From: Actinomycetota bacterium
GTDB taxonomy: Bacteria > Actinomycetota > Actinomycetes > S36-B12
Assembly (NCBI GenBank): GCA_041164085.1
Contig: JBEAQC010000054.1
Location: 1-53,329, forward strand
Length of the DNA: 53,329 nt
Direction: 5' to 3'
Shown: positions 1-9,876 of the stretch, piece after piece
Position numbering within the stretch: position 1 is the stretch's first letter
How the letters are laid out: each line of letters begins with the position of its first letter
The notes under the pieces: model-generated
Seen by the model: the letters and a program-made list of their open reading frames with translations, nothing else
Told to the model about the DNA's origin: nothing
Database searches by the model: none
Translations under genes and position numbers: made by a program

Positions 1-812
1 AAGGACATGCGCCAGGACTCGCGCTCGGGCAGGCCCATCGCGATGCCCTGCTTGATCGCCTCGAAGTCGAGCATGAGGCTGAATGCGGCCAGGCCGACGC
101 CGAAGATGCACAGCAGCAGGCCGAGGGTGCCGACACCGTAGAAGCCCCAGCCACCACCGACGCCAAACATGGCCGCGACGAGGGAGGCGATGGCGATGAA
201 GAAGTAGGACACCATCGCGACCATCATGAACTTGACGAACTTGTTGGTCACCTTGACGATGCCGGTGCCGAAGAGCAGGAGCATGACGCCGAAGGTCGTG
301 AAGGTCGCGAGCACGGCCTGGAGGACAAGACCCTCGTAGTCCGAAGCGAGTGCGATCTGGTTGTACCAGTAGCTCACCGCACCGAGCATGAAGCCCGACA
401 CCGCGGCGTAGAGCATGGTGAGAGGAGGTGAGACCTGACGCTTGAAGGCGTTGACCAGGCCGAGTACGAGGGTGCCGATCAAAGCCCCGAAGACCATCAG
501 CGTGCCGACCCCGGGCATGGCCTCGGTGAGAATCCAGCCCGCGAAGGCCAGCACCACGGCGATGCCGAACATGATCGCCGACTTGACCATGACGTCGGCG
601 TAGGTGACGCGCTGTCCGGTGGGCGCGGGGATCTGGACTCCGGTGTAGATGCCGGCGCCATCGGACGAGGGGACCGGCGCCGGGGCCGGGGTGCCGACCT
701 GGGCCGAGGCCACGGCGGTGCGGCCTTCCTCGTAGGCGAATCCGGCCCCCGAGCGGCTGGCCTGGGCGGCGTCGCGGTCGATCCGGGCGAGGACGGGGTT
801 GGCCGTCTGCAT
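1..812 (-). CDS. Bax inhibitor-1/YccA family integral membrane protein (3' end of the gene lies beyond the left edge)
   Basis: Absent from the ORF track because no stop lies inside the window. Hand translation of the minus strand from ATG 812..810 (GGAGGAG Shine-Dalgarno 4 nt upstream) gives MQTANPVLARIDRDAAQASRSG..., then several hydrophobic helices and ...LMLDFEAIKQGIAMGLPERESWRMS, the C-terminal signature region of BI-1/YccA proteins. Confidence 0.8.
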   Translation of the reverse strand, partial: MQTANPVLARIDRDAAQASRSGAGFAYEEGRTAVASAQVGTPAPAPVPSSDGAGIYTGVQIPAPTGQRVTYADVMVKSAIMFGIAVVLAFAGWILTEAMPGVGTLMVFGALIGTLVLGLVNAFKRQVSPPLTMLYAAVSGFMLGAVSYWYNQIALASDYEGLVLQAVLATFTTFGVMLLLFGTGIVKVTNKFVKFMMVAMVSYFFIAIASLVAAMFGVGGGWGFYGVGTLGLLLCIFGVGLAAFSLMLDFEAIKQGIAMGLPERESWRMS

Positions 813-944
813 GCTGCTCCTCCTGCGGTGGCGGGGCGGGAAGACCTGCCCCGTGGCGCGGGCCCTTGCCCGCTTCCTCTCCACGTTAACCGATTCGGGG
901 CCGGAAGCAATCCCCGCGAGATGCCGTGCCCCGATCCGAGGCAG

Positions 945-975
945 CCGGACAGGGGCGGCTTGCCCGACCCGCCGG
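945..975. repeat. Left copy of a 31-bp imperfect direct repeat flanking the tRNA at 1015..1088
   Basis: CCGGACAGGGGCGGCTTGCCCGACCCGCCGG matches 1101..1131 (CCCGACGGGGGCGGCTTGGCCCACCCGCCGG) at 27 of 31 positions in the same orientation. Aligned by hand. Confidence 0.7.
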
Positions 976-1014
976 GGCCCAACCGCCGCTGCGCGGGGCG
1001 CCTAGGCTGGGCTG

Positions 1015-1088
1015 GCCCCCGTAGTCCAATCGGCAGAGACGCCCGGCTTAAACCCGGTCCAGTGAGGGTTCGATTCCCTCCGGGGGCA
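1015..1088 (+). tRNA. 74-nt class-I tRNA. The anticodon as folded is UAA (would read Leu UUA); isotype uncertain, possibly a pseudo-tRNA
   Basis: 7-bp acceptor stem GCCCCCG/CGGGGGC. T arm GAGGG-TTCGATT-CCCTC with the GTTCGA consensus. A73 discriminator. 5-nt variable loop CCAGT. D loop contains GG. Anticodon stem CCGG/CCGG plus a C.U 27:43 pair, loop CUUAAAC at 1047..1053. The D stem is weak (GUC/GAC plus a C.A pair). No CCA is encoded. Confidence 0.6.
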
Positions 1089-1100
1089 CGCCCAGGTAGG

Positions 1101-1131
1101 CCCGACGGGGGCGGCTTGGCCCACCCGCCGG
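1101..1131. repeat. Right copy of the 31-bp imperfect direct repeat flanking the tRNA
   Basis: See 945..975; 27/31 identity, direct orientation, 156 bp apart start to start. Confidence 0.7.
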
Positions 1132-1144
1132 ACCCCTCCGGCGG
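1125..1144. terminator. GC hairpin between the convergent tRNA (+) and UDG gene (-)
   Basis: CCGCCGG-ACCCCT-CCGGCGG, a perfect 7-bp stem with a 6-nt loop. No U tract follows. It sits between two convergent 3' ends. Confidence 0.3.
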
Positions 1145-1191
1145 CACCCTCGATCGAGGCACCCGGACGGCACTGCCGACCCCGAGCCGCG

Positions 1192-1812
1192 CTACGGGGC
1201 CTGGGCGAGATCCCGGGCGGTGACCCAGATGCTGTCGAGCATCGGCTCGGTGAGTCGGCCGGTGAACGTGTTCTGCTGACTTGGGTGGTAGCAGCCGACG
1301 AGCCAGCGATCGCCGACCCTGGCCGTGACGCCGTGCCCGAACGTCGGCCGCGGAGCTGGCAGCGAATCGCCGAGATCGGCGAGCGCCCGCAGGATCGACT
1401 GCCACGCAAATCCACCGAGTGCCACGAGTACGCGCGGAGAGGTGAGTTGGATCTCGCGGACGAGCCAGGGTGCGCAGGTGTCGCGCTCGTCCGGGGTCGG
1501 GGCGTTGCCGGGCGGGGCGCAGCGCACAGCCGCGGTCACCCGTGCGCCCATCAGGGCCTGCCCATCGTCGCGGGACGTGGATGTGGACTTCGCCGCAAGG
1601 CCGGCGCGATGCAGCGACCCGAAGAGCCAATCACCGCTGCGGTCCCCGGTGAATACCCGCCCGGTGCGGTTGGCGCCATGTGCCGCAGGAGCCAGGCCGA
1701 CGATGAGGATGGCCGGGTGCGCATCACCGAAGCCGGGCACGGGGCGCCCCCAATAGACCTGGTCGGAGTACGCCGCGCGCCGTTCACGCGCGACCTGCTC
1801 TCGCCATGCCAC
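1192..1812 (-). CDS. Uracil-DNA glycosylase, family 5 (UdgB-like); the N-terminus is problematic (see findings)
   Basis: ORF track 206 aa. [19 protein letters not shown] and [15 protein letters not shown] resemble the family 4/5 UDG motifs (GLAPxxHGxNRTGR). The conserved N-terminal CxxC (..[12 protein letters not shown]..) is encoded in frame just upstream of the GTG at 1812 but without a canonical start codon. Confidence 0.8.
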   Translation of the reverse strand: MAWREQVARERRAAYSDQVYWGRPVPGFGDAHPAILIVGLAPAAHGANRTGRVFTGDRSGDWLFGSLHRAGLAAKSTSTSRDDGQALMGARVTAAVRCAPPGNAPTPDERDTCAPWLVREIQLTSPRVLVALGGFAWQSILRALADLGDSLPAPRPTFGHGVTARVGDRWLVGCYHPSQQNTFTGRLTEPMLDSIWVTARDLAQAP

Positions 1813-1919
1813 GAGCCGACCGCAGGCCCGGCAATTCGCGATCGCCTCATCGAGTGCGGGGATCGTCGCGCATGATCGAGCGGCGCGGCGTACCGCGGCG
1901 GGCGTCGATGTCGGGCCCG

Positions 1920-2615
1920 TCAGCGGAACGGTCCATCGAGGCGGCGATGCAGGAAGCCCAGCGTGCGCTCCCAGGCGAGGGCTGACGCGCGCGGGTCATG
2001 GACCTCGGGTCGATCGTCATTGAAGAACGCGTGCTGGGTGCCGACGTCGGTTTCGACGATGGCGACTCCGTCGTGTGCGGCGATCTCCTCTACGTACAGA
2101 CCGATCTGCTCACTCGTCGTCGGCAGGTCAGCCTCGCACTGGTGCACGAGCGCCTCCTTGCCGGCGTACTGGGCCCACGCGGGGTGATAGTCGGGCCAGG
2201 GCATTGCCGGATAGAAGGCGACCGCGCAATCGATGTCGGGCGTAACCGTGGGTGCGAGCAGGGCCAGGCCGCCGCCCATGCAGAAGCCGACGCAGCCCGT
2301 GTGGGTGCCGGTCAGTAGTCCGCTGCGCACCAGGTGGTCGGCGGCGGCGGCGATATCCGCGCCCGCCTGTGCGACCTGAAGTCCCATCATGAGCTTGCCT
2401 GCCTCATCAGGTTCGGTCGTCGGGACACCGCGGAAGAAGTCGGGGGCCAGCGTCACGAAGCCCGCATCAGCCAGTCGGTCGGCCACGGAGCGAATGTGCG
2501 GGACGCTTCCCCACCACTCCTGGACGAGCACGACCCCGGGTCCTCGGCCCGCGGCAGGCACGGCGAGATAGCCCGTGAGTCCACGGGCACCGGAAGGTAT
2601 GTCGACAATGGGCAT
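1920..2615 (-). CDS. Dienelactone hydrolase family protein
   Basis: 231 aa. [10 protein letters not shown], the GFCMGG nucleophile elbow and HAF near the C-terminus are typical of the DLH alpha/beta hydrolase fold. Confidence 0.85.
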   Translation of the reverse strand: MPIVDIPSGARGLTGYLAVPAAGRGPGVVLVQEWWGSVPHIRSVADRLADAGFVTLAPDFFRGVPTTEPDEAGKLMMGLQVAQAGADIAAAADHLVRSGLLTGTHTGCVGFCMGGGLALLAPTVTPDIDCAVAFYPAMPWPDYHPAWAQYAGKEALVHQCEADLPTTSEQIGLYVEEIAAHDGVAIVETDVGTQHAFFNDDRPEVHDPRASALAWERTLGFLHRRLDGPFR

Positions 2616-2634
2616 GCCGCGAGCCTAGATGCCT

Positions 2635-3651
2635 TCAGCCAGATGCGGATGCGCGATCGACCGGTACTGTGCTGCCCCGTACGACGAGTGTCGTCGGCAC
2701 CGTCATCTCGTCGGGGGAATCGCCGGGGTCGCCGACCATGCGGGCGAGCAGCGCCTCTGCGGCCATCCTGCCCATCTGTGCGACCGGCTGGCCCACCGTG
2801 GTGAGATCGAGCAGTTCGGCGAGTTCGTGGCCGTCAATGCTCGCGATCGCGATGTCCGAGCCGGGCCGGATGCCGTGGCGCTGCAGAGCGCGAATGGCAC
2901 CGAAGGCCATGTCGTCGGACATCGCGAAGACGGCCGTTGGAGGCTTCGGCTGGGACAGCAGCGACGTCATGGCAGCCTCGCCGCCGGAGACGGTGAAGTA
3001 GCCGAACGCCTCGAGGGTGGCGTCAGGGGTGAGGCCCGCGCCAGCCATGGCTGATGCGTAGCCCTCAGCCCGGCTCGCCTGGGATGTCGAGGCCAGTGGA
3101 CGCCCCGAGATGATGCCGATGCGCTCATGGCCGAGATTGATCAGGTGCTGGGTCGCCATGCGCCCAGCGGCGGCGTCATCGATGCACACCGAGGGCACCC
3201 CGGGCCAGCGCACGCCGACGAAGCTGGTGGGCAGACCGATCTCGAGCATGTCCGCGATGCGGGGCGCGTCCGTGGGAAGCGTCACCACGATCACACCGTC
3301 GACCCGGCCGCGCAGGCGTCGTTCAGCGGGTAGCCCGGGGCTCGTGCCGGGATCGCCGACCTCGTAGACCAGCAGATCGACATCGCGTTCCTGGAGCACG
3401 TCGCTGATCCCGGACAGGAGGGTGGAGAAGAACCACCGATCGATAAACGGTGTGATCACCGCGATCGTGCCCGTGCGTCCGCTAGCGAGGCGCGAGGCAC
3501 TCGGCGAGACGACGTAGTCGAGGTCTGCCGCGACCTTGCGCACGCGCTCCCGCGTCTCGGGATCGACGTGTGGAAGTCCCCGCAAGGCGCGGGAGACGGT
3601 CGCCGTGGAGACGCCAGCCGCTTGCGCGACATCGCGGATGGTGATCGACAC
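2635..3651 (-). CDS. LacI family transcriptional regulator
   Basis: 338 aa. N-terminal HTH is TIRDVAQAAGVSTATVSRALRG, followed by a periplasmic-binding-protein-like sugar-binding fold. Confidence 0.9.
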   Translation of the reverse strand: MSITIRDVAQAAGVSTATVSRALRGLPHVDPETRERVRKVAADLDYVVSPSASRLASGRTGTIAVITPFIDRWFFSTLLSGISDVLQERDVDLLVYEVGDPGTSPGLPAERRLRGRVDGVIVVTLPTDAPRIADMLEIGLPTSFVGVRWPGVPSVCIDDAAAGRMATQHLINLGHERIGIISGRPLASTSQASRAEGYASAMAGAGLTPDATLEAFGYFTVSGGEAAMTSLLSQPKPPTAVFAMSDDMAFGAIRALQRHGIRPGSDIAIASIDGHELAELLDLTTVGQPVAQMGRMAAEALLARMVGDPGDSPDEMTVPTTLVVRGSTVPVDRASASG

Positions 3652-3796
3652 GCTTCTCCTCCGCGCCGGATGCCGTCAGGAAACGACAAGGACGGATGCT
3701 GCAACAGCCCGGCGCGATCCGGTATCGGCCTGGATCGGGAGTGTACGGCGCCCATCAGTCGCCCGCAACCGCTTACACGAATTTGCGAGCATCGGA

Positions 3797-4714
3797 TCAG
3801 CCTTCCGCGAGCCCCCGGGCGAGGCCGTCGAGGATGTCGGTTTCGCTGGCCACGATCGGCAGCCCGGTACGCCGCATCACCGCGCGCAGCACGAGGGCAC
3901 CGCCTCCGATGACGTCCACCCGGCCAGGATGCATGACGGAGATGGCGGCCCGCTGCGCTCTGGGCATCGCAAGCAGCTCGCTCGTCACCGCCTCGACGTC
4001 GTCGAGAGAGGCCCCGAGTCCGTGGATGGTCGCCGGGTCGTAGGCCTCGAGGCCATGCACGATCGCCACGATGGTCGTCACCGTGCCCGCGACGCCGATC
4101 ATCGATCGCGCATCGCCCAATGGCACATCACGTGCAGCCTGGTCGATCGCGTCGGCCACATCGACCTCGACGCGCGTGATCTCGTCGAGCGTTGGTGGAT
4201 CGCCATGCAGATGCCGCTCGGTCATGCGCACGCATCCGATGTTGACGGAGATCGCAGACGTGGGAGTGCGCTCCCCCAGGACGAACTCCGTGGAACCACC
4301 GCCGATATCCACGACCAGGGTCGGCGTCGACAGCACGGAGTGCGCGAGCCCCTCGACCGCGCCGCGGAACGACAGGGCTGCTTCCTCTGCCCCAGAGATG
4401 ACCTCGGGATCAACCCCTAGGCGCTCACGTACGCCGGCGACGAAGGCAGCCCTGTTGCTCACATCACGGCTTGCGCTCGTCGCAGCGAAACGCATCCGCT
4501 CCACGCCGAGGTCGCGCACGGTCGCGGCATAGGCGTCGCACGCCGCGAAGGTGCGCTCGAGCGCGGCAGCAGCAAAGGCGCCGGTGCGGTCGACGCCCTC
4601 ACCCAGTCGCACCACGGTCATCTCCCGCGTGACCTCCTGCAGCGAGTGACCCTCGACGTCGGCGACGAGAAGCCGGATGCTGTTGGTCCCGCAGTCGATC
4701 GCGGCCACCCTCAT
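3797..4714 (-). CDS. Ppx/GppA family exopolyphosphatase / phosphatase
   Basis: MRVAAIDCGTNSIRLLVADV... is the ASKHA-fold Ppx/GppA N-terminus. I trimmed the track ORF (start 4840) to ATG 4714, which forms an ATGA overlap with the stop of the upstream DUF501 gene (4711). Confidence 0.9.
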   Translation of the reverse strand: MRVAAIDCGTNSIRLLVADVEGHSLQEVTREMTVVRLGEGVDRTGAFAAAALERTFAACDAYAATVRDLGVERMRFAATSASRDVSNRAAFVAGVRERLGVDPEVISGAEEAALSFRGAVEGLAHSVLSTPTLVVDIGGGSTEFVLGERTPTSAISVNIGCVRMTERHLHGDPPTLDEITRVEVDVADAIDQAARDVPLGDARSMIGVAGTVTTIVAIVHGLEAYDPATIHGLGASLDDVEAVTSELLAMPRAQRAAISVMHPGRVDVIGGGALVLRAVMRRTGLPIVASETDILDGLARGLAEG

Positions 4715-5205
4715 GCGGGGTCTCCCTCTGAGCAGGGATGCACAGACCACCATTCGCCGACCAGCTCTCGGGCCTGGTCTCCTAGCGGGTTGACGCCGGG
4801 ACCCGCGGCCAGGGCGTGAGCGAGCAGGACGTGAAGGCATTTGACCCGATCCGGCATGCCCCCGGCGGATACGCCGTCGATCTCGGGGACCTCGCCCAGG
4901 GCCGACCGGGCCTGGAGATAGGCCTCGTGCGCGGACACATAGGCCGCGCGCAGATCAGGATCATCTGCGAGCCGCGATTCCATGTCGCGCATGACTCCGC
5001 CGCCCTCGAGTCGGCCGACTGCGGACGTCGCTCGTGGGCAGGTGAGGTAGTAGACCGTGGGGAAGGGGGTCCCGTCGGACAGGCGCGGAGCTGTCACCAC
5101 AACGTCGGGTTGACCACACGGGCAGCGATGCGCCACGTCGACGATGTCACGCGGCTCACGTCCGAGTTGCTCGGCGATCGCTTCGAGGTCGGCGGGGTCG
5201 ATCAC
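4711..5205 (-). CDS. DUF501 domain-containing protein
   Basis: CPCGQPDVVVTAPRL...PFPTVYYLTCP...VKCLHVLLAH matches my recollection of the DUF501 family that sits between ftsB and ppx in actinobacteria (Rv1025-like). The start is set at GTG 5205 (GTGA overlap with the ftsB stop). The track start at 5250 is the alternative. Confidence 0.8.
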   Translation of the reverse strand: MIDPADLEAIAEQLGREPRDIVDVAHRCPCGQPDVVVTAPRLSDGTPFPTVYYLTCPRATSAVGRLEGGGVMRDMESRLADDPDLRAAYVSAHEAYLQARSALGEVPEIDGVSAGGMPDRVKCLHVLLAHALAAGPGVNPLGDQARELVGEWWSVHPCSEGDPA

Positions 5206-5579
5206 GACCGATCGGCCTGGCGCGCGGACTCCCACAGACGGGAGTACCACGCGGACTCGTCCACGGGGTCCGCTTCGGCCGGGACGACGGGACGGTCGTC
5301 CTCGCCCAGGACGACGTAGCCAACCTCGCCCGGGAAGACGAAGTGCAGGCGACTGCGGGCCTGGGCGACAACGAAGGCGGGGTCATCCCAGTCCTCGAGC
5401 TCAGCCTCCAGGCTCTCCACCCGCTCGCGTGCAGCAGACACGTCCGCCTCAAGGGCGGCAATCTCAGCCCGCTGCGCAAGCCACGCCCGCAAGGGGATGG
5501 CCAGTGTCACGACAAGCGCGGCGAGGACGAGAACCAGGATGGCCGCCCGACCAGTGAGGGCAGGACGGCGCGCAGACAC
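5202..5579 (-). CDS. ftsB: Septum formation initiator family protein (FtsB/DivIC-like)
   Basis: 125 aa. One N-terminal TM helix (AAILVLVLAALVVTLAIPL), then a coiled coil (AEIAALEADVSAARERVESLEAELEDW) and DPAFVVAQARSRL. Its position immediately downstream of eno is conserved. Confidence 0.85.
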   Translation of the reverse strand: MSARRPALTGRAAILVLVLAALVVTLAIPLRAWLAQRAEIAALEADVSAARERVESLEAELEDWDDPAFVVAQARSRLHFVFPGEVGYVVLGEDDRPVVPAEADPVDESAWYSRLWESARQADRS

Positions 5580-5591
5580 GCGCCTATGGTC

Positions 5592-6887
<1,296 letters not shown>

Positions 6888-6913
6888 CTATCGAGCGCTC
6901 AGGGGCGCGGCCG

Positions 6914-8533
6914 TCACAGTCCCAGGACCGTGCGCAGATGGCGCGGACCGATGGAACCCTGCTCGAGAAGCAGATCGTGGATCTGCCGATCGGACCAATC
7001 CGGATGCAGGACCCTCAGATCATCGACGAGGTGGCGCACTCCCCTCCAGCCAACGAAGTAGGTGGGCAACTGGCCCGCCGTGAGCAGGGCCCTGCGCCAC
7101 TTGCCCCTGGCCTCCTCGTCCTCCTGGAAGCCCCGGCGGCGGAGCAACTCGACGGCGCCCAACTCATCAATATCTCCTCCATGGACGCGGGCATCGAGGA
7201 TGGCGTTGAGCGTCATACGAGCCTGCATCTTCAGTTGCTGCAGCCTCAGCCGGAGCCCTGCCTTCGGGTCATCGTCCAGCGTGTAGCCGCGCTCGACGAG
7301 GAGCTCCTCGGCATAGACCGCCCAGCCTTCGATGAAGACACCCGACGGCGCCAGGCGCCGCACGAGGGATGCTGGCGAACGCCGTGCGCGCGCCAACTGA
7401 ACCGCGTGGCCGGGCATGGCTTCGTGAATCGTCAGGTCGTGCAACAGGTCGGCGTTGTACTCGCGGAGGAAGGAAGCGACGCGCTCGGCGGGCCAATCGC
7501 CGGGAGGGTTCGCCACAGCGACGAACGTCGGCATGGGCTGGTCCTCCAGGGACCCGGGCGCATCGCAATAGGCCACGGCCACGCCTCGGTGGATGCGCGG
7601 CATCTCCCCCACTCGGATGTCCTCATCGGGAAGGGTGAGGAGCTCGTGCTGCCGCACGAAGTGATGTGTCCGATCCAATGCGGCCTCGATCGTGCTCACC
7701 ACACCGTCACGCCCCACGGAGCTTGCCTGCGCCAGGGCACGGCGCACGACATCCGATGTAGGCGACGACTCGCCGAGATATTCCAGGGCGGTCTCGCGCA
7801 AGAGCGCGGTGACGTGGTCCAAGTGCGACTCGGCCATGTCCAGCACCTGCACGGGAGCGAGTTCCTCATCGAGGTGATGCCACACCGTCGCGCTGTAGAG
7901 CCGTACGCCGAGACGGGGGTCGCGTCGAGCCGCAGGCAGCATGTCGGTCAGCCATCGGCCGTGGTCGTCGATCGCCCCGCGAGCTGCATCCACGGCGTCA
8001 GCATCCAGGGGGCCGAGCACGGCGAGTTCGTCCAGCACCGCGTCGAATCCCGCGAGACGCTGGAGTGCCGTCTCCACATGGATGGCGGACATCTCCCCCA
8101 GGGTCTGGCGTGCGCCCTGCAAGAATCCCGGCAGCGCGCGCAGGCGGCCGTGCGCGCTTGCGAGTCGCTCCGACGTCGGCGCGAAGTCGCGGATTGCCAG
8201 CGAGTGCAGGCCACTCGCGGGATCCCAGACCAACGGGTCCCAGGTGTGGCGGGCAACCTCCGTCAGATCGAAAGCTTCGGCGGTCAGCCTCGCCCTCAGA
8301 ATCTCGAGGTCGACCAACGCATCGACCGGTAGAGCGAGATCGTCGACGCCGTCGATCGCGGTGAGCAGGTCATCGATGTCACTGACGTGATCACGGACCG
8401 CCGACACAGTGAAGTCAGGCAGGCGATCATCATCCGCGTGTGACCCGAGCGACGTGGCACGGACGGGGTCGAAGGAGAGCAGGGTCCCGCGAGCCTCCAC
8501 GGCGATCGCGGCGAGACTCTCCTCAGCGGTCAC
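6914..8533 (-). CDS. DUF885 domain-containing protein
   Basis: 539 aa. HEAMPGHAVQ metalloprotease-like motif and overall DUF885 architecture. The GTG start forms a GTGA overlap with the mazG stop. Confidence 0.8.
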   Translation of the reverse strand: MTAEESLAAIAVEARGTLLSFDPVRATSLGSHADDDRLPDFTVSAVRDHVSDIDDLLTAIDGVDDLALPVDALVDLEILRARLTAEAFDLTEVARHTWDPLVWDPASGLHSLAIRDFAPTSERLASAHGRLRALPGFLQGARQTLGEMSAIHVETALQRLAGFDAVLDELAVLGPLDADAVDAARGAIDDHGRWLTDMLPAARRDPRLGVRLYSATVWHHLDEELAPVQVLDMAESHLDHVTALLRETALEYLGESSPTSDVVRRALAQASSVGRDGVVSTIEAALDRTHHFVRQHELLTLPDEDIRVGEMPRIHRGVAVAYCDAPGSLEDQPMPTFVAVANPPGDWPAERVASFLREYNADLLHDLTIHEAMPGHAVQLARARRSPASLVRRLAPSGVFIEGWAVYAEELLVERGYTLDDDPKAGLRLRLQQLKMQARMTLNAILDARVHGGDIDELGAVELLRRRGFQEDEEARGKWRRALLTAGQLPTYFVGWRGVRHLVDDLRVLHPDWSDRQIHDLLLEQGSIGPRHLRTVLGL

Positions 8534-9186
8534 ACGCCCTCCGCATCACGGATCCGCTGCACCTGTCGGCGCACCGCAGCGCGTAAGGCAGCCTCGGCAT
8601 CCCAGCCCCGATCACGGGCCGATGCGACGATCCCGAGCAGCAGGTCGCCGAGGGCTTCCTCGTCCGCGACCTCCGGCAGGGCTGCGTCGGTGTCGGGCAG
8701 CGCTACCTCGAGCCGGTCGCTCCGGGCAAGCACCTTGCCGGCCCGGAGCAGCGCCGGGAGCGCTTCGGGGATGCCCTCGGTCACGGAGTCGCGGCCCTTC
8801 TCACGCGCCTTGAGCTCATGCCACTGGGACTCGACCTGCTCCGCTGTCGTGACGTCACCCGACTGCTCGCCGAAGACATGCGGATGCCGTCGAATGAGTT
8901 TGGCCGAGATGTCGCGCGCCACATCATCGATATTCCAGGGAGATGCGGGGTCCTCCTGCGCGATGCGGGAATGGAAGACGACTTGCAGAAGCAGATCCCC
9001 CAACTCCTCACGCAGGTCGTCGCGAGTGCCGGACTCGATCGCCTCCACCGTCTCGTAGGCCTCCTCGAGCAGGTACTCGACGAGGCTGTGATGCGTCTGC
9101 CGTGCATCCCACGGGCACCCGCCGGGAGAACGCAGTCGGTCCATCACCGCGATGAGTTCGATGACACCGTCCCCGGACTCGGGCAT
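8530..9186 (-). CDS. mazG: MazG family nucleoside triphosphate pyrophosphohydrolase
   Basis: 218 aa. RLRSPGGCPWDARQTHHSLVEYLLEEAYETVEAIE and EELGDLLLQVVFHS are MazG EExxE motifs. Its position between mfd and eno matches M. tuberculosis Rv1021. Confidence 0.93.
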   Translation of the reverse strand: MPESGDGVIELIAVMDRLRSPGGCPWDARQTHHSLVEYLLEEAYETVEAIESGTRDDLREELGDLLLQVVFHSRIAQEDPASPWNIDDVARDISAKLIRRHPHVFGEQSGDVTTAEQVESQWHELKAREKGRDSVTEGIPEALPALLRAGKVLARSDRLEVALPDTDAALPEVADEEALGDLLLGIVASARDRGWDAEAALRAAVRRQVQRIRDAEGV

Positions 9187-9195
9187 GGCGTGAGC

Positions 9196-9876
9196 CTAGG
9201 GAGCCGGGATCAGTTCGGCGAGCGGATCGACTGTCTGGACCGTTGTCGACAGGTCGCTGGGAAGAGGGCCGATGGTGAGCGCGCCCGCGTCCCACGTGCC
9301 GAATCTCGGACTCACCTCCACACCCTCCTGGATGCCGAAGCCGGTGACGTACTGCACGACCGCCTGCTGCTGGCCATTCGGATCCGCCTGAGGGGCGAGC
9401 GTGGCGCCAAGGAGTTGCACCTGCAGGGAGAGTTCGACCTGACGCGTGATGCCGCTGAGCGGAACGTCCGCATCAAGGTACGCCGCGACCAGTGCCTCCG
9501 GGCCGCCGAGTTGCGCCTCGAGTTGCTGCTGCGCGGTGTCGATCTCACCCTGGGTGACCGACACACCCTGAGCCGAGGCCGCCTGGTCAACGAGCTCGGT
9601 GATGATCAATCGCTGCAGGACGCTCAGTGTCAAGGCCGCATTGGCGGTCCCCGCGGGCACTCCGCGCTGCTCCTGGACAGCGGCGACATCCGCCGCCAGC
9701 GTCTCCGAGGAGATCTGCGTGGCGCCTACGTCCGCGGCAGCGCCTGCCTGCCCGAGGCCCGCGCACCCGGAGAGCAGCACACCGGCCACGATCGCCACGA
9801 CAGCCATGGGATGGATCCGCAGACCTGTCCGTGCCGCTCGCTGCACCCTCGCGCTCACTTCGCCCTCGCTCCTCAT
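9196..9876 (-). CDS. Putative lipoprotein, SurA N-terminal-domain-like
   Basis: 226 aa. Lipobox LLSGC follows a hydrophobic stretch. The mature part is Gln/Ala-rich and helical. The ATG forms an ATGA overlap with the mfd stop. The family assignment is tentative. Confidence 0.65.
   Translation of the reverse strand: MRSEGEVSARVQRAARTGLRIHPMAVVAIVAGVLLSGCAGLGQAGAAADVGATQISSETLAADVAAVQEQRGVPAGTANAALTLSVLQRLIITELVDQAASAQGVSVTQGEIDTAQQQLEAQLGGPEALVAAYLDADVPLSGITRQVELSLQVQLLGATLAPQADPNGQQQAVVQYVTGFGIQEGVEVSPRFGTWDAGALTIGPLPSDLSTTVQTVDPLAELIPAP

Noticed and set aside
497-1630. A 377-aa minus-strand ORF spanning the BI-1 gene start, the tRNA and part of the UDG gene.
   Set aside because: It runs straight through a tRNA gene and two intergenic regions, its composition is Arg/Pro-rich, and it is off-frame to both real genes. 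It is a high-GC artefact.
3652-3796. A LacI-type operator in the LacI promoter region, for example ACACGAATTTGCGA.
   Set aside because: Only 8 of 14 symmetric positions match, and there are no adjacent sugar-catabolic or transport genes to suggest a regulon.
3797-4840. N-terminally over-extended track ORFs: 3797..4840, 9873..13559, 13382..14278, 14890..15396, 18014..19249, 26642..27814, 33338..34420, 34479..35369, 36954..38435, 38312..39358, 39756..40733, 43500..45035, 44132..45808, 49681..51525, 51531..52832 and 52577..52894.
   Set aside because: The extensions overlap upstream genes or tRNAs and are Arg/Pro-rich. Internal starts with a Shine-Dalgarno site or ATGA/GTGA coupling reproduce canonical family N-termini.
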